Positions 19,951 through 29,299 of a DNA stretch of 64,000 nucleotides are shown one piece after another (positions within the stretch are counted from its first letter, which is position 1; every line of letters begins with the position of its first letter). A model generated the notes under the pieces. It worked only from the letters and a program-made list of their open reading frames with translations, had not been told where the DNA came from and did no database searches. A program made the translations under genes and the position numbers. This DNA comes from a virus. Its lineage: Duplodnaviria > Heunggongvirae > Uroviricota > Caudoviricetes. The DNA lies in the IMG/VR virus record IMGVR_UViG_2880372215_000004; one strand, written 5' to 3'.

Positions 19951-20281
19951 CGGTAAAACTGCGCCTGGCTGTGGCTGCACTCCTGCTGTTTCTGGTGGTG
20001 ATGGTGGATTTCACCAGCAGAATCATGTCGGTGCTGGCGGATGGGGTGCTGGTCTGCGGCATTGTGGTATTGCTGTGGCCGGTGATAAAAAGAAACAGCC
20101 TGCATAATGCTTGATTTTTTTGTTTGCTGTTTATTAAAAACACTTCTGCATGGTGAATCCCCCTGTGCGGAGGGGCGATCAGCAACCAGGTATATGGGAT
20201 AATCGCGGATTCAGGTGCTGATACTGAATTCACCGGGAGGCACCCGGCACCATGCAAGAAAAAGAATGTGCATGCAAACAT

Positions 20282-20305
20282 GCCCCTCTCCGGAGGGGCT
20301 TTTTT
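20282..20305 (+). terminator. rho-independent terminator (GCCCCTC-tccg-GAGGGGC plus TTTTTT)
   Basis: Perfect 7-bp GC stem and T6 in the non-coding gap before the esterase gene. Confidence 0.7.
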
Positions 20306-20524
20306 ATGGGTAAAAAATGCCCGAATGGGTTCGGGCAATAGCATGAGATACTGATATTGTTGTGTTGTTATCGTGTGGATTTTAACCAGGGTTTATCAGG
20401 CTGCGCAACTGCGTGGCCTTTTTTCATTTCTTGGGCTGTAGTCCCCGAGTGTCATTCAGGCTTCCGGACTACAGCCAGCCCACTCCATATCTGATTTAAT
20501 ACACTATCCCGGCCGGGAGGAATA

Positions 20525-22378
20525 ATGACATTTAAACATTATGATGTTGTCAGGGCGGCGTCGCCGTCAGACCTTGCGGAAAAGCTGACACACAAACTGA
20601 AAGAGGGCTGGCAGCCATACGGCGGACCGGTTGCCATTACGCCGTACACACTGATGCAGGCGGTGGCTATTGAAGGAGAGCCACAGGTCGGCCCTTCATC
20701 TGAGCCGGATTGGTACTACGTCATCGTACTGGCCGGGCAGTCCAATGCCATGGCTTACGGTGAAGGGCTTCCGCTGCCGGATTCATACGATGCTCCGGAT
20801 CCGCGCATTAAACAGCTGGCGCGCCGCAGTACAGTGACGCCGGGCGGGGCTGCCTGCAGATATAACGATATTATTCCGGCTGACCACTGTCTGCATGATG
20901 TGCAGGATATGAGTACGCTGAATCATCCGAGGGCTGACCTGAGCAAAGGGCAGTACGGCTGTGTCGGCCAGGGTTTACATATTGCCAAAAAACTGCTCCC
21001 GTATATCCCGAATAACGCGGGGATCCTGCTGGTACCATGCTGTCGTGGTGGTTCGGCATTTACCCAGGGCGCGGAGGGGACATTCAGCGAGTCCACGGGG
21101 GCCAGTCAGGATTCGGCACGCTGGGGGGTGGGCAAGCCGTTATATCAGGATCTGATTTCCCGCACAAAAGCGGCATTGCAGAAAAATCCCAAAAACGTTC
21201 TGCTGGCCGTCTGCTGGATGCAGGGTGAGTTTGACATGAGCGCCGCCACCCACGCACAGCAACCTGCGCTGTTTACAGCCATGCTGACACAGTTTCGTGC
21301 TGACCTCTCCGTGTTTAACGCGCAGTGCCATGGTGGCAGCGCTGCAGATGTGCCGTGGATTTGTGGTGACACGACGTATTACTGGAAAAATACATACGCT
21401 ACCCAATACGACACCGTGTACGGCGGGTATAAAAACAGGGAGAGTGAGGGCGTTTATTTTGTGCCCTTCATGACAGACGGTAACGGCGTCAATACCGCCA
21501 CTAACGCGCCGGCAGAAGATCCGGATATTCCGGCATCAGGATATTACGGTGCGGCATCGAGAACGAATGGAAACCAGGTATCATCAAACCGCCCGACACA
21601 TTTCAGTTCATGGGCGCGCAGGAGCATTATTCCGGATCGTCTGGCAACCGCTATTCTGAACGCAGCCGGGCGCACCTCCGCCTTCATCAGTGGTAAGGCA
21701 CCGGAAATCAAACCCTCGCCCGGCGGCAACACGCCATCGGGTCCGTCTGCAGATACGTCCGTTCGCACAATCTCCCTGCTGCCGGCAGCCGGAGAGGCTG
21801 CTGCGCAGGGCTGGAGCATTAAGGATGGCGGAATTCAGTTGTCAGATGGTGTATTTAAGATCACCAGGCAGAGCAATAAAACCTGGTCCCTGACGCATCC
21901 GGTGGATGACGCAATTACCCTGCTGACACAGGGCGGCAGACTGAACTGTAAGTTCCGCCTGTCAGGCGCACTGACCAACAATCAGTTCGGGCTGGGGATT
22001 TATCTGTATACGGATGCTCCCGTTCCTGATGGTGTGGCGATGACGGGTACCGGTAATCCGTTCCTGATGTCGTACTTCACTCAGACCACTGACGGCAGAG
22101 TGAATCTGATGCATCACAGGAAAGCCGGAAACACGAAGCTGGGGGAGTTCGGCGATTACGGTAACGACTGGCAGACGCTGGAGCTGGTGTTCACCGCCGG
22201 CAGTGCCACGGTTACTCCGAAACTGAATGGAGTGGCTGGCCCGGCATTCCAGGTTATAAAAGACAGTCTGACACTGGGACTGAATGCGCTGACGCTGACG
22301 GATGTTACAAAAAATGCAGCGTATGGCGTTGAGATAGAAAGTCTGGTGCTGGAGATAAATGCACCGGCATCATCATAA
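20525..22378 (+). CDS. nanS-p: prophage sialate O-acetylesterase (NanS-p type), 617 aa
   Basis: [11 protein letters not shown] esterase motif; GGGAGG Shine-Dalgarno; typical position between tRNAs and lysis genes. Confidence 0.8.
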   Translation: MTFKHYDVVRAASPSDLAEKLTHKLKEGWQPYGGPVAITPYTLMQAVAIEGEPQVGPSSEPDWYYVIVLAGQSNAMAYGEGLPLPDSYDAPDPRIKQLARRSTVTPGGAACRYNDIIPADHCLHDVQDMSTLNHPRADLSKGQYGCVGQGLHIAKKLLPYIPNNAGILLVPCCRGGSAFTQGAEGTFSESTGASQDSARWGVGKPLYQDLISRTKAALQKNPKNVLLAVCWMQGEFDMSAATHAQQPALFTAMLTQFRADLSVFNAQCHGGSAADVPWICGDTTYYWKNTYATQYDTVYGGYKNRESEGVYFVPFMTDGNGVNTATNAPAEDPDIPASGYYGAASRTNGNQVSSNRPTHFSSWARRSIIPDRLATAILNAAGRTSAFISGKAPEIKPSPGGNTPSGPSADTSVRTISLLPAAGEAAAQGWSIKDGGIQLSDGVFKITRQSNKTWSLTHPVDDAITLLTQGGRLNCKFRLSGALTNNQFGLGIYLYTDAPVPDGVAMTGTGNPFLMSYFTQTTDGRVNLMHHRKAGNTKLGEFGDYGNDWQTLELVFTAGSATVTPKLNGVAGPAFQVIKDSLTLGLNALTLTDVTKNAAYGVEIESLVLEINAPASS

Positions 22379-22527
22379 AAAGTGAGCCAGTCAAATGGAA
22401 GGTATCGTTAAACTCACCGGTAGTGTCAGTGGGTCGTCTGAGACGCCTGCATGAGTTATCAGAGCCATCAGTAGTTAACTGGTGGCTTTTTTATTGTTGT
22501 CAGCTTCCGGATAACGGGAGACGGGGT

Positions 22528-22743
22528 ATGTACCAGATGGAAAAAATCACAACAGGTGTGTCATACACCACGTCAGCGGTAGGGACGGGATACTGGTTAC
22601 TGCAACTGCTGGACAAAGTCTCTCCGTCCCAGTGGGTGGCAATAGGTGTACTGGGGAGTCTGCTGTTTGGCCTGCTGACGTATCTGACTAACCTGTATTT
22701 CAAAATCAGGGAGGACCGCCGTAAGACGGCGCGGGGAGACTAA
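22528..22743 (+). CDS. S: holin, S21-type pinholin-like, 71 aa with dual-start MYQM
   Basis: ORF 22423..22743; internal ATG 22528; two hydrophobic segments; precedes SAR endolysin. Confidence 0.8.
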   Translation: MYQMEKITTGVSYTTSAVGTGYWLLQLLDKVSPSQWVAIGVLGSLLFGLLTYLTNLYFKIREDRRKTARGD

Positions 22744-22747
22744 AGCG

Positions 22748-23092
22748 ATGAAGAAAAAATACGAACTGGTTGTTAAAGAGATAAATAATTACCCGGATAA
22801 GATTGCTGTTACTGTGGCACTTGAAATTGGCGGGCATCCGTCGTTGTTGTTGCCACATGTGGCGATTAGTCTTGACCGTACTGAAGGTGCCACGCTGGAG
22901 TTTTACGAAGCTGAGGCGAAAAAGCAGGCGAAGCAGTTTTTCATGGATGTTGCTGCCGGGTTATGTGAAGGGGATGGTCCGTTACCGGAAAAGCGTCCCG
23001 TAATTTTAGAGGCGCAGGATGTGTTGATAACCTACAGAGGAAAACTACCGGGAATAATTACGGGTTCTCTGAAGACTCCACCGCTGGCCTGA
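22748..23092 (+). CDS. hypothetical protein, 114 aa
   Basis: ORF track only. Confidence 0.5.
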   Translation: MKKKYELVVKEINNYPDKIAVTVALEIGGHPSLLLPHVAISLDRTEGATLEFYEAEAKKQAKQFFMDVAAGLCEGDGPLPEKRPVILEAQDVLITYRGKLPGIITGSLKTPPLA

Positions 23093-23142
23093 AGACTTAA
23101 CATATCCAGGGATTTGAAATCGATAAACCCTGATAAATATCC

Positions 23143-23676
23143 ATGAACGCAAAAATCAGATACGGCCTGTCGGCTGCCGTTCTGGCGCTGATTGCCGCAG
23201 GTGCGCCTGCGCCTGAAATCCTCGACCAGTTTCTGGATGAAAAGGAAGGTAACCACACCACAGCATACCGTGATGGTGCGGGTATCTGGACCATCTGCCG
23301 TGGAGCCACCCGGGTGGATGGTAAGCCTGTTATTCCTGGCATGAAGCTGTCGAAGGAAAAATGCGACCGGGTTAACGCCATTGAGCGTGATAAGGCGCTG
23401 GCATGGGTGGAGAAAAACATCAGAGTGCCACTGACCGAACCCCAGAAAGCGGGGATTGCGTCATTCTGTCCGTACAACATTGGCCCCGGTAAGTGTTTCC
23501 CGTCGACGTTTTATAAACGAATTAATGCAGGAGATCGAAAAGGTGCCTGCGAAGCGATTCGCTGGTGGATTAAGGACGGTGGCAGAGACTGCCGTATTCG
23601 CTCAAATAACTGTTATGGTCAGGTATCCCGTCGTGACCAGGAGAGCGCGCTGGCGTGCTGGGGAATCGACAGATAA
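23143..23676 (+). CDS. R: SAR endolysin (lysozyme-like), 177 aa, N-terminal signal-anchor-release segment
   Basis: ORF track; hydrophobic Gly/Ala-rich N-terminus; lysis-cassette position. Confidence 0.8.
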   Translation: MNAKIRYGLSAAVLALIAAGAPAPEILDQFLDEKEGNHTTAYRDGAGIWTICRGATRVDGKPVIPGMKLSKEKCDRVNAIERDKALAWVEKNIRVPLTEPQKAGIASFCPYNIGPGKCFPSTFYKRINAGDRKGACEAIRWWIKDGGRDCRIRSNNCYGQVSRRDQESALACWGIDR

Positions 23677-23949
23677 GCAGAATATTTTGCTGAAAAATGA
23701 CGTTGGCCAGCGCGGGCGGATAACACGAAATCCTGCGAACTGGCAAAATGTAAGTGAATAAAGTTAGGCAGATTATTTCACGCAGAGGCACCGTAATGGT
23801 GCCTTTGTCATTTCTGCGCTTCGCACAAGCGTAAATAAACCAAAGAACCTTTCAGGATGAGCCCTGGTGGATAACCGGCAGTGGTCTGGTTAACCCTCTT
23901 TGGGCTGGTTATTCCTGTGCGCAGGGTTCATCACTAAAAGGAATCAACC

Positions 23950-24645
23950 ATGAAAGAGATGATTTCTGTCGATCATGAAATATCCATGAGTAGTCTGGAT
24001 TTTCTGAATAACATTATTAATCCAGCCCGGGCAGAAGCCGGAGAAGTCCCTCATGAACCGCGTAAGTTTCTTGCAAAAATTGAGGATGAGCTAGAGCTTG
24101 ATGGAACCGGAAAAAAATTCCGGTTAAACAATAACCAGACAAGAACGGCATACTATGATCTGGATTTTGACCAGATGATGCTCGTTGGCATGAGGGAGTC
24201 AAAGGCCGTTCGTCGTTCTGTGCTGGCAAGACTCAAAGCGATGCATGGTATTCAGATCCCCCGGACTTTACCTGAGGCGTTGCGATTTGCGGCAAAACTG
24301 GCTGAACAGAAAGCAGTGCTGGAAAATCAACTGGCAATAGCAGCGCCGAAGGCTGAATTTGTTGATAACTATGTTGAAGCATCTGGTCTGATGGGATTCC
24401 GGGAAGTTGCTAAGTTACTCGGTATCAAAGAAACCGATTTCCGGCTGTTTTTGTTGGAGAACGGAATAATGTATCGCCTCGCTGGAAAAATGACGCCTTA
24501 CTCGCATCACCTGGATGCGGGGCGGTTTAGCGTGAAAACGGGCGAGGCGGGCAATGGTCATGCTTTTACGCAGGTTAAATTCACCCCAAAAGGTGTTCAG
24601 TGGATTGCTGGTCTGCTTGCTGCATGGAGAGCTACCGCAGCATGA
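23950..24645 (+). CDS. ant: phage antirepressor (Ant/KilAC-domain-like), 231 aa
   Basis: ORF track; sits between endolysin and Rz. Confidence 0.65.
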   Translation: MKEMISVDHEISMSSLDFLNNIINPARAEAGEVPHEPRKFLAKIEDELELDGTGKKFRLNNNQTRTAYYDLDFDQMMLVGMRESKAVRRSVLARLKAMHGIQIPRTLPEALRFAAKLAEQKAVLENQLAIAAPKAEFVDNYVEASGLMGFREVAKLLGIKETDFRLFLLENGIMYRLAGKMTPYSHHLDAGRFSVKTGEAGNGHAFTQVKFTPKGVQWIAGLLAAWRATAA

Positions 24646-24882
24646 AGATGATAAAAACGGACTGGAAATTTTTGCTGGTCTGGCTGATTCCGTTTTTATG
24701 GGTGGTTGCCCGGTTAATTACTGCTATTAAGGGGTAAAGATGTCAGACAAACTCATAATGCTGGCGAAGGGCCTTTGTGTAATCGTCGGTATTTCATTTT
24801 CACTAATGCTGGTTGTTCTTTTTCTTTCCATAACCTGGATGGCGTTGACTTCGGCAGGGCTGGTGGGGTGAGCATAAACCGA

Positions 24883-25341
24883 ATGCTTTCCGCGTTTACC
24901 GTTATTCTGCTGGTGGTCTGTGGTGCGCTTAGTCTGGGGCTGAATCATTACCGCGATAACGTCATCACCTACAAAGCGCAGCGCGATAAAAAAGCCAGAG
25001 AGCTGGAGCTGGCAAACGCAACCATTACTGATATGCAGGTGCGCCAGCGCGATGTTGCTGCGCTCGATGCAAAATACTCGAGGGAATTAGCCGATGCGAG
25101 AGCTGAAAATGAAACTCTGCGTGCTGATGTTGCCGCTGGTCGTAAGCGCCTGCGGATCAACGCCACCTGCTCCGGTACCGTGCGTGAAGCCACCGGCACC
25201 TCCGGCGTGGATAATGCAACCGTCCCCCGACTGGCAGACACCGCTGAACGGGATTATTTCATCCTCAGAGAACGGTTGATGACAATGCAGAAGCAGCTGG
25301 AAGGGGCACAGGACTATATCCGCACTCAGTGCCTGAACTAA
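24883..25341 (+). CDS. Rz: i-spanin Rz, 152 aa from MLSAF (GTG at 24868 possible)
   Basis: ORF 24775..25341; N-terminal TM then NHYRDN..YKAQRDK lambda Rz-like sequence. Confidence 0.8.
   Translation: MLSAFTVILLVVCGALSLGLNHYRDNVITYKAQRDKKARELELANATITDMQVRQRDVAALDAKYSRELADARAENETLRADVAAGRKRLRINATCSGTVREATGTSGVDNATVPRLADTAERDYFILRERLMTMQKQLEGAQDYIRTQCLN
25094..25279 (+). CDS. Rz1: o-spanin Rz1 lipoprotein, 61 aa, embedded in +1 frame of Rz
   Basis: ORF track; lipobox LVVSAC; proline-rich. Confidence 0.8.
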   Translation: MRELKMKLCVLMLPLVVSACGSTPPAPVPCVKPPAPPAWIMQPSPDWQTPLNGIISSSENG

Positions 25342-25673
25342 GTTTTGCTGATGCGCCGTATCGTCGCTGTATTCCCTCATTAACAGAGACCGCAGCCCGA
25401 CAGGGAGACTCCTCTGCGCGAGTGTGCGGGGAGAATCAAAAACGATACGCACCGGGGTTTACCGCGTTAACGGAGCGCGGCGTTGTCCCCTCATGGTCGC
25501 TGGTTCGGTGCGATGGTGGAAGAAACCGGACGATGTGTTACCTCGCAAGACCTGTTATGTCATGTGTCTGATTTGTGATTTAAGTCGGATAATTGTCGTT
25601 GCCATTAAGCAGAGGATTGATGGCCGACAGGGTGGCATTGTTAGAATAAGACTTATTCTTATCTGTGCCGGGA

Positions 25674-26006
25674 ATGAAAATGAAAAGAAATCTTCCGTTA
25701 ATTATTTTGTTGTCTTCTCTGGTTATGGGCTGTACGCAACATAAAACAGATATGCCCCGACAGTTGGTTAAGGCATTACCACAATATCCGGCCTATGCAG
25801 CGGCAAATTATATAAAGGGACGGGTTGATGTGAAGTTTGATATTGGTGCTGATGGTACTGTCACCCGAATTGAGTTTATCCGTTCAGAGCCGCACCATCT
25901 GTTTGATGAGCAGGTTGTAAAGGCGATGGCAAAATGGCGATTTGAGAAGGACAGGCCGCGTAAAGGCGTGAAGAAAACGTTTATCTTTAGTCCTTCTGCA
26001 CCCTGA
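25674..26006 (+). CDS. lipoprotein with TonB C-terminal-like domain, about 110 aa (start 25674 or 25680)
   Basis: ORF 25665..26006; lipobox LVMGC; C-terminal YPAYAAANYIKGRVDVKFDIGADGTV...AMAKWRF. Confidence 0.6.
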   Translation: MKMKRNLPLIILLSSLVMGCTQHKTDMPRQLVKALPQYPAYAAANYIKGRVDVKFDIGADGTVTRIEFIRSEPHHLFDEQVVKAMAKWRFEKDRPRKGVKKTFIFSPSAP

Positions 26007-26137
26007 TTATTTCATCAGAAATTAATTATCACTCTGTTGTTATTCTGTACATTCCGGCTGGGTAAGTCTTGTTCCGCCGGGTATGAAGATGAAATATTGT
26101 TGGAGGACAGTGGGTACCTGCTCCTGTAACCGAACGT

Positions 26138-26338
26138 TCATTTCTCGTTATTTGTCATGCTGGCCGGACGCAGATGCGTTGCATCTGTTGCCAGCCTTCT
26201 CCTGCAGGCTTCAATAACCCACGCTGAAAAGTTACCGGAACCTTTATGTTCAAGGGCGATATTGATCTGTTCAATCATGTGATTGGGGAAACGGATATTG
26301 CGGGTTGTGGTTCTGCGGGTCCGGTTTTTCGATGACAT
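26138..26338 (-). CDS. small basic putative DNA-binding protein, 66 aa from MSSKNRT
   Basis: ORF 26138..26398; AAGGAA 6 nt before internal ATG; divergent from HNH gene. Confidence 0.5.
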   Translation of the reverse strand: MSSKNRTRRTTTRNIRFPNHMIEQINIALEHKGSGNFSAWVIEACRRRLATDATHLRPASMTNNEK

Positions 26339-26379
26339 ATTTATTTCCTTTACTGATTGCCATATGACGGGGATTTTAC

Positions 26380-26745
26380 ATGGCTGAGCTTCGTACACTC
26401 CAGAGCAGAATCAAAACACTGAATACCCGACGGGTGAATATTCTGAAGGGTGAACAGCGTCGTGTCAGTGGCAGTGCACGTGTTTCCCTCAAGCGTCATA
26501 TCTGGCTCAGGGATGCCGGGCAGTGCTGTCTCTGTGGTCGTGTGGTTGACCTCTGTGACAGTGAACTCGATCACCGAATTGCACTTCAGTTCGGTGGTGG
26601 TAATGAGGAGACGAATCTCTGGACGCTCTGTACCGAATGCCATCGACAAAAGTCTGCTCGTGAAGCGGCGGGTGGTATGCCGGACCCGACGCTGCCGGAG
26701 GTGTCCGGAGGTAGTGGCAGAGCGGACGACATCATCGGACTGTAA
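26380..26745 (+). CDS. HNH endonuclease (terminase-associated type), 121 aa
   Basis: CCLCGR...LDHRIALQFGGGNEETNLWTLCTECHRQK. Confidence 0.8.
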   Translation: MAELRTLQSRIKTLNTRRVNILKGEQRRVSGSARVSLKRHIWLRDAGQCCLCGRVVDLCDSELDHRIALQFGGGNEETNLWTLCTECHRQKSAREAAGGMPDPTLPEVSGGSGRADDIIGL

Positions 26746-26835
26746 CCCGAGCGGGGGGGTATCATCCGGCGTAAAAAACGATCGCTCCGGACACCGCGCC
26801 CCCTCTCACGCAGAGAAAAAATTCCCGTTTCAGGG

Positions 26836-26959
26836 CAGTTAACATGTTAACTGGCTGTCCGGGCATTTTTGCGGTTTTTATCTTTATTATTCAGTTTGTT
26901 GTGCGAAAAAAATGTTAACTGGCTTTTTCATCAAATGTTAACCAGGCAGCAGTTAACAT
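26836..26959. repeat. cluster of ATGTTAACTG motifs incl. perfect 18-bp palindrome CAGTTAACATGTTAACTG (26836-26853); copies at 26912, 26935 and inverted at 26950
   Basis: Read in sequence between HNH and terminase small-subunit genes. Confidence 0.6.
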
Positions 26960-27033
26960 TTGCGGCATGAGACGCCGGGAAAAATGGGCTGAACCATACC
27001 CGGCTGAGTGCGTTCTGGACCCGGGAGGAGGCT

Positions 27034-27597
27034 GTGCTGACAACGCAAAAACGAAAATTTGCGCTGGCGCTCATGTCCGGGAAAAACAAAACAGCGTCAG
27101 CCATTGCCGCTGGTTATTCGGCGAAGACCGCCAGGGTTAAAGGCTCGCAGCTGGCAAAAGATCCGGAGGTGCTTGCGTTTATAGCCCGTAAACAATGCGA
27201 GACGGTGGAGGTGGATGAGGTTCCTGTTTACCGGCAGAAAAAATCAGAGCAGGAGGATAAACCCCGTCGCCGTGAGGCGGCTGCAATACCACAGCCGGAC
27301 GAAAACAATCCGGAGATGCCACCGTCCGCGGTGATGTCTCCTGGTATTGAATATATGGAGGATGGTCTTCCCGATCCGGTGAAAGCGATGGGGCGTCTTC
27401 TGGTGGAGAACATTAATACCGACCCCAGGCTGGCGCTGGATGCGGCTTATAAGCTGGCGCAGTTCACGCACCATAAAAAAGGGGATGCCGGTAAAAAATC
27501 GGCAAAAGGTGACGCGGCGAAAAAAGCGGCTAACCGTTTTGCGGTGCCACCACCACCCCGCCTGGTGGTGAATAATGATAATGAGGGCAACGGATGA
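27034..27597 (+). CDS. terminase small subunit, 187 aa, GTG start
   Basis: ORF track; GGAGGAGG before GTG; ATGA coupling to large-subunit start. Confidence 0.7.
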   Translation: MLTTQKRKFALALMSGKNKTASAIAAGYSAKTARVKGSQLAKDPEVLAFIARKQCETVEVDEVPVYRQKKSEQEDKPRRREAAAIPQPDENNPEMPPSAVMSPGIEYMEDGLPDPVKAMGRLLVENINTDPRLALDAAYKLAQFTHHKKGDAGKKSAKGDAAKKAANRFAVPPPPRLVVNNDNEGNG

Positions 27598-29236
27598 TAC
27601 CTGTGTGGAGCACGGCCTGCCCGGACTGGGCAGAGCGCCTGAAAAAGGGGCTGTCGATTATTCCGGCTCCGATTTATCCGGACAGGCTGCACATGCACTG
27701 GCGATTTTTAAACAACTGCGATTGTGGATGCACCGGGTAGCCCGACATTCGGGGAGTCCTGCGCACCGTGGGTGTTTGACCTGGTGGCGGCCCTGTTTGG
27801 CTCCTACGATGCGCAGACCGGTGTTCGCCATATCAAGGAAGTTTTATCCTTATCCCCAAGAAAAACTCGAAGTCCACGCTGGCTGCGGGATCATGATGAC
27901 GGCGCTGTTACTGAACTGGCGGCAGGCGGCGGGCTACACCATTCTGGCCCCGACCGTGGAGGTGGCGGCTAACGCCTTCAACCCTGCCAGGGATATGGTA
28001 CGACGGGACGATGATCTGGATGACCTCTGTCAGGTGCAGACACATATCCGGACCATCACCCATCGGGTGACGGACACCACCCTGAAGGTGGTGGCTGCCG
28101 ATCCGAATACGGTGTCCGGTATCAAGTCCGTGGGGACGCTGATTGATGAACTGTGGTGTTTGGCAAGCAGTACAAGCGGAGACATGTACGTGAAGCCATC
28201 GGCGGCTTGCCTCCCGCCGGAAGGGTTTGTGGTGTATACGACCACCCAGTCGAATGAACCGCCCGCCGGGGTGTTCAGACAGAAACTGCAGTATGCCCGG
28301 GATGTCGCGACGGCAAAATTCATGATCCGCACTTTCTGCCGGTGATTTTTGAGCATCCTCCTGAAATGGTGGAAAGCGGGGCTCACCTGCTGATGGAAAA
28401 CCTCGCCATGGTTAACCCGAATCTCGGTTATTCGGTGGATGAGGCTTTCTGTACCGGGAGTACCGTAAAGCCCGGGAGGCTGGTGAGGAAGCATTTCGTG
28501 GCTTCATGTCAAAACATGCCAATGTGGAAATTGGTCTTGCCCTGCGTTCTGACCGCTGGGCGGGCGCGGATTTCTGGGAGCAGCAGGGCAGGCGCGTCAG
28601 CCTGGACGATATCCTGCAGCGCGCTGATGTGGTGACGGTGGGGATTGACGGCGGGGGCCTGGATGATCTGCTGGGAATGTACGTGATTGGCCGTGACAGG
28701 GAAACCCGCGAATGGCTGGGCTGGGGCCATGCCTGGGCGCATGAAACCGCGGTGGTCGACGGAAGAGCGAGGCGTCCCGGTTTCAGGATTTGTGCCTGTG
28801 GAGATATGACGATTGTCCGTCGGTCGGGGATGACACGGCGGAAGTGGCGGAATATGTGCGTCGCATTCATGAGGCTGAGTTACTGGACATATCGGTATTG
28901 ACCCGTCAGGGTGGGGCAGATTCTGGATTCACTGGCGGAAGCCGGGATCCCCGACGGAATGTGGTGGGGATAAGCCAGGGCTGGAAACTGGGCGGGGCCA
29001 TTAAAACCACCGAGCGCAAACTGGCTGAAGGGGTGCTGATGCATGGTGACCAGCCCCTGATGGCCTGGTGTGTCGGCAATGCCCGGGTGGAGCCTAAAGG
29101 TAACGCCATTCTTATCACCAAACAGGCCAGTGGACGGGGAAAAATTGACCCGCTGATGGCGCTGTTCAATGCGGTCTCCCTGATGTCCCTTAACCCGGAA
29201 CCGAAAAAGAAAGAATATGCGGTTTTTTTCATATAA
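27594..29236 (+). pseudogene. terminase large subunit, reading frame broken into at least six pieces
   Basis: Terminase-like peptides alternate between frames in ORFs 27724.., 27575.., 28342.., 28506.., 28790.. Confidence 0.7.
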
Positions 29237-29299
29237 CCCTGTTCACACTGTAACCATCATGAACCGCTGCGGCGGTTTTTTTATTTTCAGGAGGCTGAT

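Noticed and set aside
19763-20344. 193-aa minus-strand ORF in the tRNA to esterase gap
   Set aside because: Spans terminator hairpins and the TerB-like gene in antisense; no start signal; region better explained as regulatory.
19950-20524. Shiga toxin genes at the usual Stx-phage position
   Set aside because: Looked for stxA/stxB-like ORFs between the tRNA genes and nanS-p; only non-coding hairpin DNA is present.
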